From positions 832,001 to 896,000 of the forward strand of contig CAVSOU010000010.1 of the NCBI GenBank assembly GCA_963729625.1: a stretch of 64,000 nt of DNA, read 5' to 3'. The first letter of the stretch is position 1. Each line of letters opens with the position of its first letter. The stretch is from an uncultured bacterium. Its GTDB lineage: Bacteria > Chloroflexota > UBA5177 > JANWHV01. Below, piece by piece: positions 1 to 9,134 of this stretch. A program made the translations under genes and the position numbers. The notes under the pieces are model-generated. The model did no database searches and was not told where the DNA came from. It worked only from the letters and a program-made list of their open reading frames with translations.

Positions 1-1183
1 TGCGCGAGCCAGAGGCTGCACCCAGTGCGCGATAGAACTCTGCATGATGCGCGGTATAGTGGGTCACCTGCGCGCCGTCCATATCGAGCGCATCGCAGAT
101 CAGCACAGGGGTTACCTGGCCCGTGCGTCCGACTTGCCACTGTACGTCGCGCACGGTCGTCTCGTACTCCGCGCCAAGGCGCTTGTACGCGATCGCCCAG
201 CGTGGAGTCTTCTCCGAGGCGCCAAGCCGGCGCTGCCAATCTCGCCTGGCGACCTTGAGTACGATCCCGTCAACCGCGAAGTCGGCGCCGGCCAAGCTGT
301 CAAGCAGATTGGCAATAGCGCTACCCATTTCTGTCGTCGGCTCGTCAAACGTCTCATCCGGGGCAGGTCCCTGGGATGCCACGCGGTACTCGGGCACGGT
401 GAATCCCCAGTCAACCAGTGCCGCATCAACGTCAGGCTGTTTAGGCAAACGATCAATAAGCTCCCAGCCTTCGATGCTATAGGCCAGGAACGTGATGCCG
501 TGGGCGTGCGCCCGGTTTGCGCCGCCCGAAGTCAGCGATTGCTGTCCGCTTTTCCGGCGCAGATCGCCGGCAGCTGTGTTCCGCGCCGTGGCAATATCTT
601 CTCCCACGGCCTGCAAGGCGGCAAACCGTGAGAGCGGCAAGTATGCCTCTCCTCGAACATGTACGGTCCCGCTCGTTTCAGGAATCTCCGTGGGGACACC
701 CGGCAGGCCGCGCACGTTGTGCGTGACGTCCTCCCCGATTCTGCCGTTGCCTCGCGTCAGGGCCCGCGTCAGCCGCCCGCCGGTGTACTGCAGAACAAGC
801 GTGAGGCCGTCGATCTTCGGCTCGATCGTCAGCTCAAGTGCGTCTGGTCCGCCGGGGACGGCCAGCGTTCGGGCCACGGATTCTTTAAAACGGTATATCT
901 CGTCGGCCGAATACGCTTTCTGCAGTGAGAGGGTCGGGTACACATGGGGAACGGCGACGAGCTCATTGCTCACCTCGCCAAGCACCTGGTGCGTCTGCCC
1001 AGTTACCCGCTTTGCGAGCACAGCAAGTCGATCGTAGCTAGCGTCGTCGATGATCGGTGCATCCTCGTCATAGTAGGCTGTATCCGCTGCGCTCAAGAGC
1101 TCGTCAATCTCTATGGGCTCCGCGGGCGCGCCGCTCAGGATTGCCGCTACCCGAGTTGCAACGCGGTCGTTCTCGGAACTCAC
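1..1183 (-). CDS. ligA: NAD-dependent DNA ligase, divergent; 3' end runs off the window
   Basis: Manual translation (absent from the ORF track because no stop lies in the window): YYDEDAPIIDDASYDRL, adenylation motif EPKIDGL, ALTRGNGRIGEDVTHNV, VRGEAY, ARNTAAG, DGIVLKV, PRWAIAYK, WQVGRTGQVTPV. GTG at 1183 with GGGGAGG RBS. Confidence 0.88.
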   Translation of the reverse strand, partial: MSSENDRVATRVAAILSGAPAEPIEIDELLSAADTAYYDEDAPIIDDASYDRLAVLAKRVTGQTHQVLGEVSNELVAVPHVYPTLSLQKAYSADEIYRFKESVARTLAVPGGPDALELTIEPKIDGLTLVLQYTGGRLTRALTRGNGRIGEDVTHNVRGLPGVPTEIPETSGTVHVRGEAYLPLSRFAALQAVGEDIATARNTAAGDLRRKSGQQSLTSGGANRAHAHGITFLAYSIEGWELIDRLPKQPDVDAALVDWGFTVPEYRVASQGPAPDETFDEPTTEMGSAIANLLDSLAGADFAVDGIVLKVARRDWQRRLGASEKTPRWAIAYKRLGAEYETTVRDVQWQVGRTGQVTPVLICDALDMDGAQVTHYTAHHAEFYRALGAASGSR

Positions 1184-1503
1184 GAATGTTGCCTCCCCGG
1201 CAATACCGGTCAGATCAATCTCTGCCAATCACTCTTCAAGCGCAGAGCCCCTTCTGACGTGCGACCTTCGAGCACCCAACGTCTTCAATCGAAGCATATA
1301 GCGTGCGGCGATCGCTTGACGGCCCGCATGTGGAAAGCGCCGCACGCTCAGCATTGCCGCTCTATCGGCTAGCTCGGAAGGATTGTATGTCGGCGCCCAG
1401 CGCGGGAGCATTCACGCCAAATTGCCTCCGGTTTACAGGTAGCGTGCAGCATGGCATAAGGTTTTGAGGACCTCACCGCTTCCCTGCCTCGGAGCGTTCA
1501 TTC

Positions 1504-1701
1504 CTAGCGGTTCCACTGGAAGCGCGACGCTGCAACACTCCAGAGTAGCCATGCGCCGAACGTGACGACGACGGCCCCGCCGACAACCCACTCGCCATGC
1601 CCGGACATGCCTGATCCCTTGATGAGGTTGAAGCCCTGGAGAATCCAGACCAGGCCGACAAGCAACAGCAGTCCGCTAAACCCAAGCTTCAGCCAGTGCA
1701 T
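1504..1701 (-). CDS. small two-helix membrane protein
   Basis: Two hydrophobic segments around VWILQG...GSGMSG; AAAGGAG RBS. Confidence 0.75.
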   Translation of the reverse strand: MHWLKLGFSGLLLLVGLVWILQGFNLIKGSGMSGHGEWVVGGAVVVTFGAWLLWSVAASRFQWNR

Positions 1702-2073
1702 CAGCAGCTCCTTTCATGACGTGGTGGATCAGGGCAGGCCGCGACGGACGCCACGATAGGCTCCGCCAGGCCGCCCGGCAGCCCCAGCTGGCCCAGGACT
1801 CCGCCCAAAATAGTACTACGTGCCCAGTTTCATGCCGGATGTTCGGAATCGCCCCATGCGGGCGCTGAACTCGACCACAAATGGGGGAGCCAGGATATCC
1901 TATCGGCATTCTATTCCCCAAAGAAAGAAATTGATCTATTGTGGAGCCAGCTTCCACACGAGTGCACGCGTGGTGGAAGGGGTTGGACATCGCGGCGGGC
2001 GTGATTAGCTACGCTGCGAGCGGCGAATGCTCGCGCGAAGTGTGAACGTTCGCACAGTGCACGGAGTATTGCA

Positions 2074-2301
2074 ATGAAGAAGAGATCTACGGCAATCGCC
2101 ACACTGGTGGCCGCGGCAAGCCTGGCCGGCGCGGCAACCGTCAGCGCGCACGCCTATCCCGCGCATGAAGCACACTTTGGCCAGATGACCCCTGTCAGCA
2201 AAGTGGCGAATGTGCGGCTGCACGCCCTTCTTTCGACCCATGGAACCGCCGAGCATACGGCAACGATTCGTACGAGTGGCTGGGGACTTGGCGCACACTA
2301 G
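2074..2301 (+). CDS. small secreted peptide/protein (75 aa)
   Basis: MKKR + hydrophobic core + AHA signal-peptidase site; GGAG RBS; ends TSGWGLGAH. Confidence 0.65.
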   Translation: MKKRSTAIATLVAAASLAGAATVSAHAYPAHEAHFGQMTPVSKVANVRLHALLSTHGTAEHTATIRTSGWGLGAH

Positions 2302-2355
2302 CGAGCAACCCGAACACTCGCCGAGGCGTTTGCCGCGCCGCGAAACCTAGGGCTG

Positions 2356-5300
2356 TTAGGCTCGCCGGAATCCTGGAATACGCTCGATCAGCGAACCTGG
2401 CGGCGTGGCCCAGCCTCGTGCCCACTCGGCCTCGAACGCTTTGGGGCCGAGCAGCGCGCGCAGCTGCTGGAGGTCCGCCTGGTATTGGGGATGGTCCGCG
2501 GCGTGTACCGGTACACCCGTGCTCTCTCGCAGGGCAGCGGCGCACGCCAGGAGATGCCCGCAGAGCTTCAAAGCAGGCTTGTCGTGCGCTCCGACAACGT
2601 GGCTCAGCAGGACATGCGCCACGCCTTCCAGGGCGGTTGACATTTGAGGGCGATCTCCGAGGGCAACGGAGATACGCAGGCCGGCGACATAGAGGTCTGC
2701 CGCCCGCTCAAGCTGTCGCCGGTCGCGTGCAAGCTGAGCCATATTCAAGTAAGCAACGCTCAATCCCACCTGGTCGCCCGCTACCTGCCATATGGCGCAC
2801 GCCTCGGCCAAAGCAGTCTCAGCATCGTCGTAGCGCTGCATCCGGGTGTAGACCATACCGAGGTTCAGGAGGAAGATGGGAGTCTCCGGCTGATTGCCGT
2901 GCTGCCGTTTCAGGGCAAGCGCCTCGCTGAGCGATTCCACCGCACCCGCGTCGTCGCCGCGATCATAGCGTACCAACCCAAGATTCCCTGCTACGCGCGC
3001 GATTCCTTCCGCATCGCCCAATTCGCGAAAGAGCGCCAAGCTGGCCTCCATCAACCGCCCGGCCGCGTTCGAGTCGGCCTCCAGACGCGCCAGGAGTGCG
3101 CACCTGTTGAGCGCAGTAGCACGAAGCGCCTTGGGCGCGCGAGGGGCGGCGTCAAGTGCGCGGGCTGTCCAGCGCCGCCCCTCGCTGACCAGCCCCCGAG
3201 TCTGCCAGTAACGGCTGAGCGCGCTCGCCAGGCGGAGCGCCTCGGTGGCAGCTCCGGTGTTTCCCAATCCCCATGCAAGAGCGGCACGCACGTTTTCGAG
3301 CTCGGCATCCAGGCGGCGCAGAAGTGTTGCCTGGTCCGTGCTACCCCAGGCAGCGATTGTTGCTTCACAGAAGCTTGCGAACCAGGCTACGTGCCGCACG
3401 CGCAATGCTGCTTCTTGTTCGTCCTCGCCTAGCCTGGCGTGCCCGTATTCCCGCACCGTTTCCAGCATCCCGTAGCGCTCCTGCTCGCAGACTTCTCTTA
3501 CCGTGGCCAGCGATTTTGCCACGAGACCGCCAAGCGTATCCAGGATGCTTTCACGCGGGAGCTCGTCGTCCGCGCAGATACCTTCAGCCGCCGAGAGCGT
3601 CCAGCCGCCGGCAAATATGGTGAGTCGCCGTAGCAAGGCCCGCTCCTTGGACCCGAGGAGACTGTAGCTCCAATCCATCGCCGCACGCAGCGTCTGATGC
3701 CGCGGCAGAGCGATACGGCTGCCGCCGACCAGCAGGTGGAAGCGATCGTCCACGCGCGCGGCAAGCACGTCGAGCGACAGAAACGCCATGCGCGATGCCG
3801 CCAACTCGATCGCCAGTGGGATGCCTTCCAGCCGCCTGCAAATGTTCACCACTAACGGAGCCGTAGCTTCACTCAGAACGAAGCCGGGACGCGCCGCACG
3901 AGCACGCTCGACGAACAGGCGAATGCCGTCGAACGTCGAGAGACGCTCAAGCGTACAGCGAAGCCCGGGCTCCGGCAGTGACAGTGGCGGAACCGCCCAC
4001 GTCGCCTCTCCAGGCAGGCCGAGCACTTCCTGGCTGGTGACCAGTATCCTGACATCGGGGCAGCTTCGTAGGATATCCGTAACCAGGCGGGCCACGGAAT
4101 CGACAAGATGCTCGCAGTTGTCCAGAATAAGCAGCAGGCGACGCGGTCCGAGAAACGCGCAGATCGTAGCCTCAAGCTTGCAACCGGGGTCTTCTACAAG
4201 GCCGAGGGCGCTTGCCACGGCGGCGCTTACCGGTTCCGATCCGGCTGGAGCACTGTGCCGCTCGGCTTGCCGCGCCAGGCCGGCCAGCTCGCACAACCAT
4301 ACGCCGTCCGGATACGCCGTCAGCGCCAGTTCCGCGACCCGCAGTGCGAGACGCGTCTTGCCCGATCCGCCCGGCCCGCCCAACGTCACCAAGCGAGATT
4401 CCCTCAACAACCTGCGGACCGTGGCTTTTGCGTCCTGACGGCCGATGAAAGTACTGAGGCCACCGGGTAGATTCGTGTGCCGCCGCGAAGGCGCCGGCGA
4501 TCGGCGTGTTGCACGCGCTGCCTGTTGAGCCTGTAGCCGCTCAGCAAGGTCGGCAACTTCTTCGCCCGGCTCCAGTGCATACTGGTCGCGGAGCGTGTCG
4601 CGGAGCCGCTGAAAGACACGCAGCGCTTCTGTTTTCTCTCCGACGGCTGCCAGGAGTGTCATCTGCCTGCACGCTGCCTCTTCATGCGCGGGGTCGATGG
4701 CCAGGACCGCCGAGAGATGGCTTCGGGCCTCTGCGGTGTCACCCTCCTCCGCGCACAGACGAGCGTGATGAAGTAGCAAGGCGATCCGCAGGTCCGACAA
4801 CTCGTCGCGCCGGCGACTGGTCCAATCATCGTACAAGTCATCGGGCAAGTAATCGCCGCCATAGTGCGCGAGCGCCGCACGACACAAATCGGTGTCACGC
4901 CCAGCCAGGGCAGCCGCTGCCGCCACTTCAAATTCCTCCGCGTCGATCCGGATTGTGAGCCCGGCGGTAAGGGCAACGATCTCGCCGTGCGACTGGACTG
5001 CTGAAGCGCCCTGGGCCGGGTCCAGTGCATGGCGAATGCCGTGCGTCGCCCCGCGAAACCCCGACGCCGCCGACCTGGACGCCGCTACGGGCCAGAGCTC
5101 GTCGAGAGCCTGGTCGCGAAGGATCCTGTGACCTGGCGTGCTGATCAAGAGCTTGAACAGCGCCAACGACTTGCGCCGGAGCCAGGCCGATTCAGGTAGA
5201 AGCACGTCATCGCGCCATACTTCGAATCGACCCAGAGTAACGACGCGCACATGTGGTAGCGCTGTTGCCCGCGACGGCGGTCCGGCGCTCTTCTCAACGG

Positions 5301-5544
5301 CTGTCTGGGCCGCCTGTGGGGCAGTCTTGCCCAAATACCGCGTTCGCGTGCGGCCCGCCTCCCACCAGAAGGCATACCAGTACGGCCCATGGCCAGGTCC
5401 ATCCGCGCACCGGCGGCAGGCCGGCTTATGGCAGCGAGTGTACTTCTGCTGGTAACTATAGGTGCGGTCAGCGACGTCGACTCGTGGCACTGCTGGCGAC
5501 TGGTCGGTTACTTCTGGCTGCTGGTATTCGTCGTGTGGCGACAT
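2356..5544 (-). CDS. AfsR/SARP-type regulator: N-terminal DUF6788-like Cys/His domain, wHTH, BTAD, STAND ATPase, TPR repeats
   Basis: RCHKPACRRC...GHGPYWY; VTLGRFEV; DPAHEEACRQ (BTAD); Walker A GPGGSGKT; Walker B LLLILDNCEH; LEGIPLAIELAA; C-terminal TPR-like helices. ATG at 5544 preferred. Confidence 0.9.
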   Translation of the reverse strand: MSPHDEYQQPEVTDQSPAVPRVDVADRTYSYQQKYTRCHKPACRRCADGPGHGPYWYAFWWEAGRTRTRYLGKTAPQAAQTAVEKSAGPPSRATALPHVRVVTLGRFEVWRDDVLLPESAWLRRKSLALFKLLISTPGHRILRDQALDELWPVAASRSAASGFRGATHGIRHALDPAQGASAVQSHGEIVALTAGLTIRIDAEEFEVAAAAALAGRDTDLCRAALAHYGGDYLPDDLYDDWTSRRRDELSDLRIALLLHHARLCAEEGDTAEARSHLSAVLAIDPAHEEAACRQMTLLAAVGEKTEALRVFQRLRDTLRDQYALEPGEEVADLAERLQAQQAARATRRSPAPSRRHTNLPGGLSTFIGRQDAKATVRRLLRESRLVTLGGPGGSGKTRLALRVAELALTAYPDGVWLCELAGLARQAERHSAPAGSEPVSAAVASALGLVEDPGCKLEATICAFLGPRRLLLILDNCEHLVDSVARLVTDILRSCPDVRILVTSQEVLGLPGEATWAVPPLSLPEPGLRCTLERLSTFDGIRLFVERARAARPGFVLSEATAPLVVNICRRLEGIPLAIELAASRMAFLSLDVLAARVDDRFHLLVGGSRIALPRHQTLRAAMDWSYSLLGSKERALLRRLTIFAGGWTLSAAEGICADDELPRESILDTLGGLVAKSLATVREVCEQERYGMLETVREYGHARLGEDEQEAALRVRHVAWFASFCEATIAAWGSTDQATLLRRLDAELENVRAALAWGLGNTGAATEALRLASALSRYWQTRGLVSEGRRWTARALDAAPRAPKALRATALNRCALLARLEADSNAAGRLMEASLALFRELGDAEGIARVAGNLGLVRYDRGDDAGAVESLSEALALKRQHGNQPETPIFLLNLGMVYTRMQRYDDAETALAEACAIWQVAGDQVGLSVAYLNMAQLARDRRQLERAADLYVAGLRISVALGDRPQMSTALEGVAHVLLSHVVGAHDKPALKLCGHLLACAAALRESTGVPVHAADHPQYQADLQQLRALLGPKAFEAEWARGWATPPGSLIERIPGFRRA

Positions 5545-5873
5545 CGTCGCCCCCTGCGACACAGGCTATGGTTGGGCCATCTTCTCTAAGCGCTCGCCGG
5601 TCTTCCCAGTTACTATACACCGCGTGGCACGCCTATCCACAGCCGGTCGCGGAACATTCGCCGTGCCGGCAGCGCGTGGCCTGTCGCCACTTCTGTGAAT
5701 CTGCTCGGTCTTCGCTAAGTTCTGGTGCGTCTTCCCTAAGGATCCGAACGGGCCCCCCCAATCATCCCCTGTCCGGCTCTGCACGCCGGCGTAACATGCG
5801 GGCCCTACAGTACGTAGTGGCGCTGCATTGCAGATGCACAGAGCACTTGAGTACTAGGGGAAGGGAGCCACGG

Positions 5874-5990
5874 ATGAATATCGTCAACGCTCACGAATGG
5901 CACAAGAACGTTCTGGTCCGGCTGATGCTGGTTCTCGCGTCACTGCTCACGCTCGTCATGGCATCCGGCGCCGGCTGCGGTTGGTGGTAG
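5874..5990 (+). CDS. 38-aa hydrophobic peptide, candidate signalling-peptide precursor (MNIVNAHEWHKNVLVRLMLVLASLLTLVMASGAGCGWW)
   Basis: GGGGAAGGGAG RBS before ATG 5874; one hydrophobic helix then SGAGCGWW-stop; directly upstream of DUF5317. The ORF track hides it as the tail of 5253..5990. Confidence 0.8.
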   Translation: MNIVNAHEWHKNVLVRLMLVLASLLTLVMASGAGCGWW

Positions 5991-6090
5991 AAAGTGGCTT
6001 GATAGCGTGCCGTCGCCCGCAGGGCGGTACAGTTTCGCCCGCGGCACGGCCTGCAATTGGCCTTAAGTCGCCCTGGGACAGGATCTCGGG

Positions 6091-6135
6091 GGGACGGGGC
6101 CGGCACTCGACTCCTGTGAGTGGCGGTCTCGTCCC
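6091..6135 (+). other. strong intergenic hairpin between the peptide gene and DUF5317
   Basis: GGGACGGGGCCG (6091) pairs with CGGTCTCGTCCC (6124-6135) using G-U pairs, with an inner CACTC/GAGTG stem. Confidence 0.5.
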
Positions 6136-6193
6136 ACCGGTGCAGGCTGTCGATTCCACGCCAGGCTCTAGCTGACGAAGCGGGTACGCGTAC

Positions 6194-6805
6194 ATGTTGC
6201 TCGTCGTTCCGGCTTTGGTTGCCATCATTCTTGCCGCGGTACGGGGCGGGTCCGCCCGGAATCTGGCCAGCCTGCCCGTTCGCGGCGCCTGGATGATATT
6301 GGTGTCGTTTGCGGTCCAGGCTATCCTCTACTTCTCCGTGCTGCGTGCTTCCGGGCTCGTGCTACGGGCTGGTCCTGCTATCTACGTGGCGATTCTCGGT
6401 CTGGTGATCATTGGCGTCTCAAGAAACTGGCGCCTGGGCCCTGGGGCCCAAATGGTGCTTCTCGGCCTTGTACTCAACACGACAGTGATCGTTGCTAACG
6501 CCGGGCACATGCCGGCCGACGCCGTGGCGCTTCGTTCAGTGCAGCGGTCGGCGATGGTTACCGACATCCAGCACGGCATGTACTACAATAGGCAGCTCGT
6601 GACTGCTTCCAGCCGACTAACCATCCTCGCTGATCGATTCCCGGTGAAGCTCCCGTTCGCGCCCGGCTACGTCTACAGCATTGGTGACGCATTCGTTGCC
6701 GTCGGCGCCGCTCTACTCGCGTACAAGGGAACGCGACGCCCGTCGCGTAGCGCCTCGGCTGTGAGTGGTCGGAAGGGCACGGCGGCGCGTTGCGCCGTCG
6801 CCTGA
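6194..6805 (+). CDS. DUF5317 family multi-pass membrane protein
   Basis: RGGSARNLA; LGLVLNTTVIVANAGHMP; RLTILADRF; VYSIGDAFVAVG. Confidence 0.85.
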   Translation: MLLVVPALVAIILAAVRGGSARNLASLPVRGAWMILVSFAVQAILYFSVLRASGLVLRAGPAIYVAILGLVIIGVSRNWRLGPGAQMVLLGLVLNTTVIVANAGHMPADAVALRSVQRSAMVTDIQHGMYYNRQLVTASSRLTILADRFPVKLPFAPGYVYSIGDAFVAVGAALLAYKGTRRPSRSASAVSGRKGTAARCAVA

Positions 6806-6821
6806 CACTGGCAAGAAAGGC

Positions 6822-9134
6822 CTAGCTAGCTTGCTCAGCAGGCTCAGCTTTCCTGCCGGTCCAGGCCGGCGTGGCAAGACTCACCGCGCCTGCCGCTATC
6901 GCCAACTCCAGCCCGCGCACCACGCGCGGATCAAATTGCGTGCCGCTGCACTCGAGAATCCGCCTTCTGGCCTCGGCCATGGAAAGCGCGGACCGGTACG
7001 GGCGGTCGCTGGTCATGGCGTCAAACGCATCCGCGACAGCAAGAATCGCCGCGTCCGAGGGGATCTGGTGCGCCTGCAAACCGTCTGGATAGCCGCGACC
7101 ATCCCAGTGCTCGTGATGGTGCCGCACTGACGGCAGTATCTCCTTCAGGAAGGGAACCGCGGACAGCATGCGTTCGCCGATGACCGGGTGCTGCTGGATA
7201 GCCGCGTATTCCACTGGTGTCAGCGTGCCCGGTTTTGTCAGGAGCACGTCGGCGACCCCGATCTTGCCGACGTCATGCAGCTGGCCAGCAAGCTGGATGC
7301 GAGCAATCTCCGTGCCGCCGAGGTGCAATGCATGCGCCAGGGCCGCGGCGTACAGGCCGACTCGCTGTGAATGCCCTTGCGTGTAGGGGTCCTTGGCGTC
7401 AACCGCCGCGGCCAGTGCCGCGACCGTAGCCATGTTGGCGTGCGCAAGCTGCTCGGCAAGTACAGCCGGGTCACGGTCGAGTCCAAGCACGACGTCCTCC
7501 GGTCGCGCGACGCGTCCCTTGCCCGCGTGCTTCGCCGCGTACGCAGCCTGATCGGCCGCTCGCAATAGCTCCTCCGCAGCCTTCCCATGCTCGGGTAGGG
7601 CGGCAACGCCAATGCTGGCTGTGAGGCGGACAGTAACAGGCCCTTCAACAACATGCAGAGCGGCGATCGCTTCGAGAACCCGTTGGGCAATCTCGAACCC
7701 CTGCTCGAGATTCGTTTCCGGCAGCAGCGCCAGGAACTCGTCCCCCCCGTAGCGCCCCACCACATCCATAGCACGTACACTCTCAGTCAATGCCCGAGCC
7801 ACCGACCTCAGCACTGTATCACCTGATACATGGCCGTACGTATCGTTGATTGCGCTGAAATCGTCGAGGTCGACCATCAGAAGTGAAGTGGGACGCCCGC
7901 CCCGATTTGCGCGCGCCACTTCCTCCTCGAGGCGACTCTGTACGGCCCGCCGGTTCAGCAGGTCCGTGAGGCTATCGTGGGCGGCCAATGCGAGCGCACG
8001 CTCGTGCAGGTAAGCGTTCTGTAACGCGATCGCTGCTTGCGTTGTCAGTATCGCCAGCACATCGCGATCCGCGCTGCCGACACTCTCTGAAACGCCGGAA
8101 ACAAGCAGCATCCCCGCAACGCCCTTACCGTCGGGCTCAATTGATGCGCGCAACTCGCTCGAGGAAGCCGGGGCGTCGCACGAAGCAGCTGCGAGCTCCA
8201 CGGGTCCCTCGGAGATGGCTTCCGCCGGAGCCAGCACGGCGCGCCGTAGCAGTCCAGGTTCCTCTTCATCCTGCAGATACCCTGTCACCGTCTCGGCGCC
8301 CAGAATGGTACGGGCAGCTTCCGCAACAGCCTTAAGAAGGTCCGCGCGGCTCAGCTGCAGCCGCAGACGTTGGCCGAGCGCAAGCACGGCCTCCAGTTGA
8401 CCACCGCGCCTGCGCAGGGCCTCCGCCCTTTCCTCGGCCCGCGCATTGGCCTTAAACGCTGCCCGCATCGCGGCGACTGGAGAGACAAGCAGCACCAGTG
8501 CCGCGGCATTGTACGAGCAGATGATGGCGGCCAGGACCCCAATGGACGCCGACCCCATCTCGGGAAGCAAGGTGTGGCGGAATGTCTGCATCCAAATCTT
8601 CAGAGGCGAGCCGTTGCCAAGGAGGGCCATCAAGCCAAGCATGATGCCAACGTCGAACACGTAGAACAGAACCACGACCACGGCCATGGCCGGGAACGCC
8701 GCGAGGAAGTCGTGGTGGATCAGATCGACTGGATGGAAGAACGCCGCGCAGATCTGGCCAGTGAGCCCAATAGCCAGCACAGGTTTCGTGACGTTGAAAG
8801 TGCGCTTGGTCAGCGCACTCCCCCGGCGATCCAGCTGGGACATAACCGTGGCGGCGAGCGCGATTATCATGGGCAATGGTGGAGCAAACAGGAACAGCGA
8901 TGACACATGCGCGGCCGTGCCAAGGTTCTGCCATACCTCGCCCCTGATTTGCAGCCAGGTGTGTTCGCACACTGCACTGAGCGCAACAAACGCCACAATC
9001 GCAAGAAGCGTCCGGCCATCGTAACCGGACGCTTTGCCACGCAGCAGCTGCTCCGCCTGATAGGTGAGGAGCATGAAGCAACTGGCGTGCAGGCCAATCA
9101 GGTAGAGACGCAATCCGCGCGGCATTCTCTGCAC
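6822..9134 (-). CDS. membrane sensor + GAF + diguanylate cyclase (GGDEF) + HD-GYP phosphodiesterase
   Basis: About 6-7 hydrophobic segments in the N-terminus; QAAIALQNA; DSLTDLLNRR; I-site RAMD; RYGGDEF; HDVGKIG; HHEHWDGRGYP. GTG at 9134 with purine-rich RBS (start uncertain). Confidence 0.92.
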   Translation of the reverse strand: MQRMPRGLRLYLIGLHASCFMLLTYQAEQLLRGKASGYDGRTLLAIVAFVALSAVCEHTWLQIRGEVWQNLGTAAHVSSLFLFAPPLPMIIALAATVMSQLDRRGSALTKRTFNVTKPVLAIGLTGQICAAFFHPVDLIHHDFLAAFPAMAVVVVLFYVFDVGIMLGLMALLGNGSPLKIWMQTFRHTLLPEMGSASIGVLAAIICSYNAAALVLLVSPVAAMRAAFKANARAEERAEALRRRGGQLEAVLALGQRLRLQLSRADLLKAVAEAARTILGAETVTGYLQDEEEPGLLRRAVLAPAEAISEGPVELAAASCDAPASSSELRASIEPDGKGVAGMLLVSGVSESVGSADRDVLAILTTQAAIALQNAYLHERALALAAHDSLTDLLNRRAVQSRLEEEVARANRGGRPTSLLMVDLDDFSAINDTYGHVSGDTVLRSVARALTESVRAMDVVGRYGGDEFLALLPETNLEQGFEIAQRVLEAIAALHVVEGPVTVRLTASIGVAALPEHGKAAEELLRAADQAAYAAKHAGKGRVARPEDVVLGLDRDPAVLAEQLAHANMATVAALAAAVDAKDPYTQGHSQRVGLYAAALAHALHLGGTEIARIQLAGQLHDVGKIGVADVLLTKPGTLTPVEYAAIQQHPVIGERMLSAVPFLKEILPSVRHHHEHWDGRGYPDGLQAHQIPSDAAILAVADAFDAMTSDRPYRSALSMAEARRRILECSGTQFDPRVVRGLELAIAAGAVSLATPAWTGRKAEPAEQAS

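Noticed and set aside
25-1372. Plus-strand ORFs 44..631, 492..1037 and 944..1372
   Set aside because: Antisense shadows of the minus-strand ligase.
5253-5873. 245-aa ORF 5253..5990 as a single protein
   Set aside because: The upstream part overlaps the regulator antisense; only the last 38 codons have an RBS and a coherent composition.
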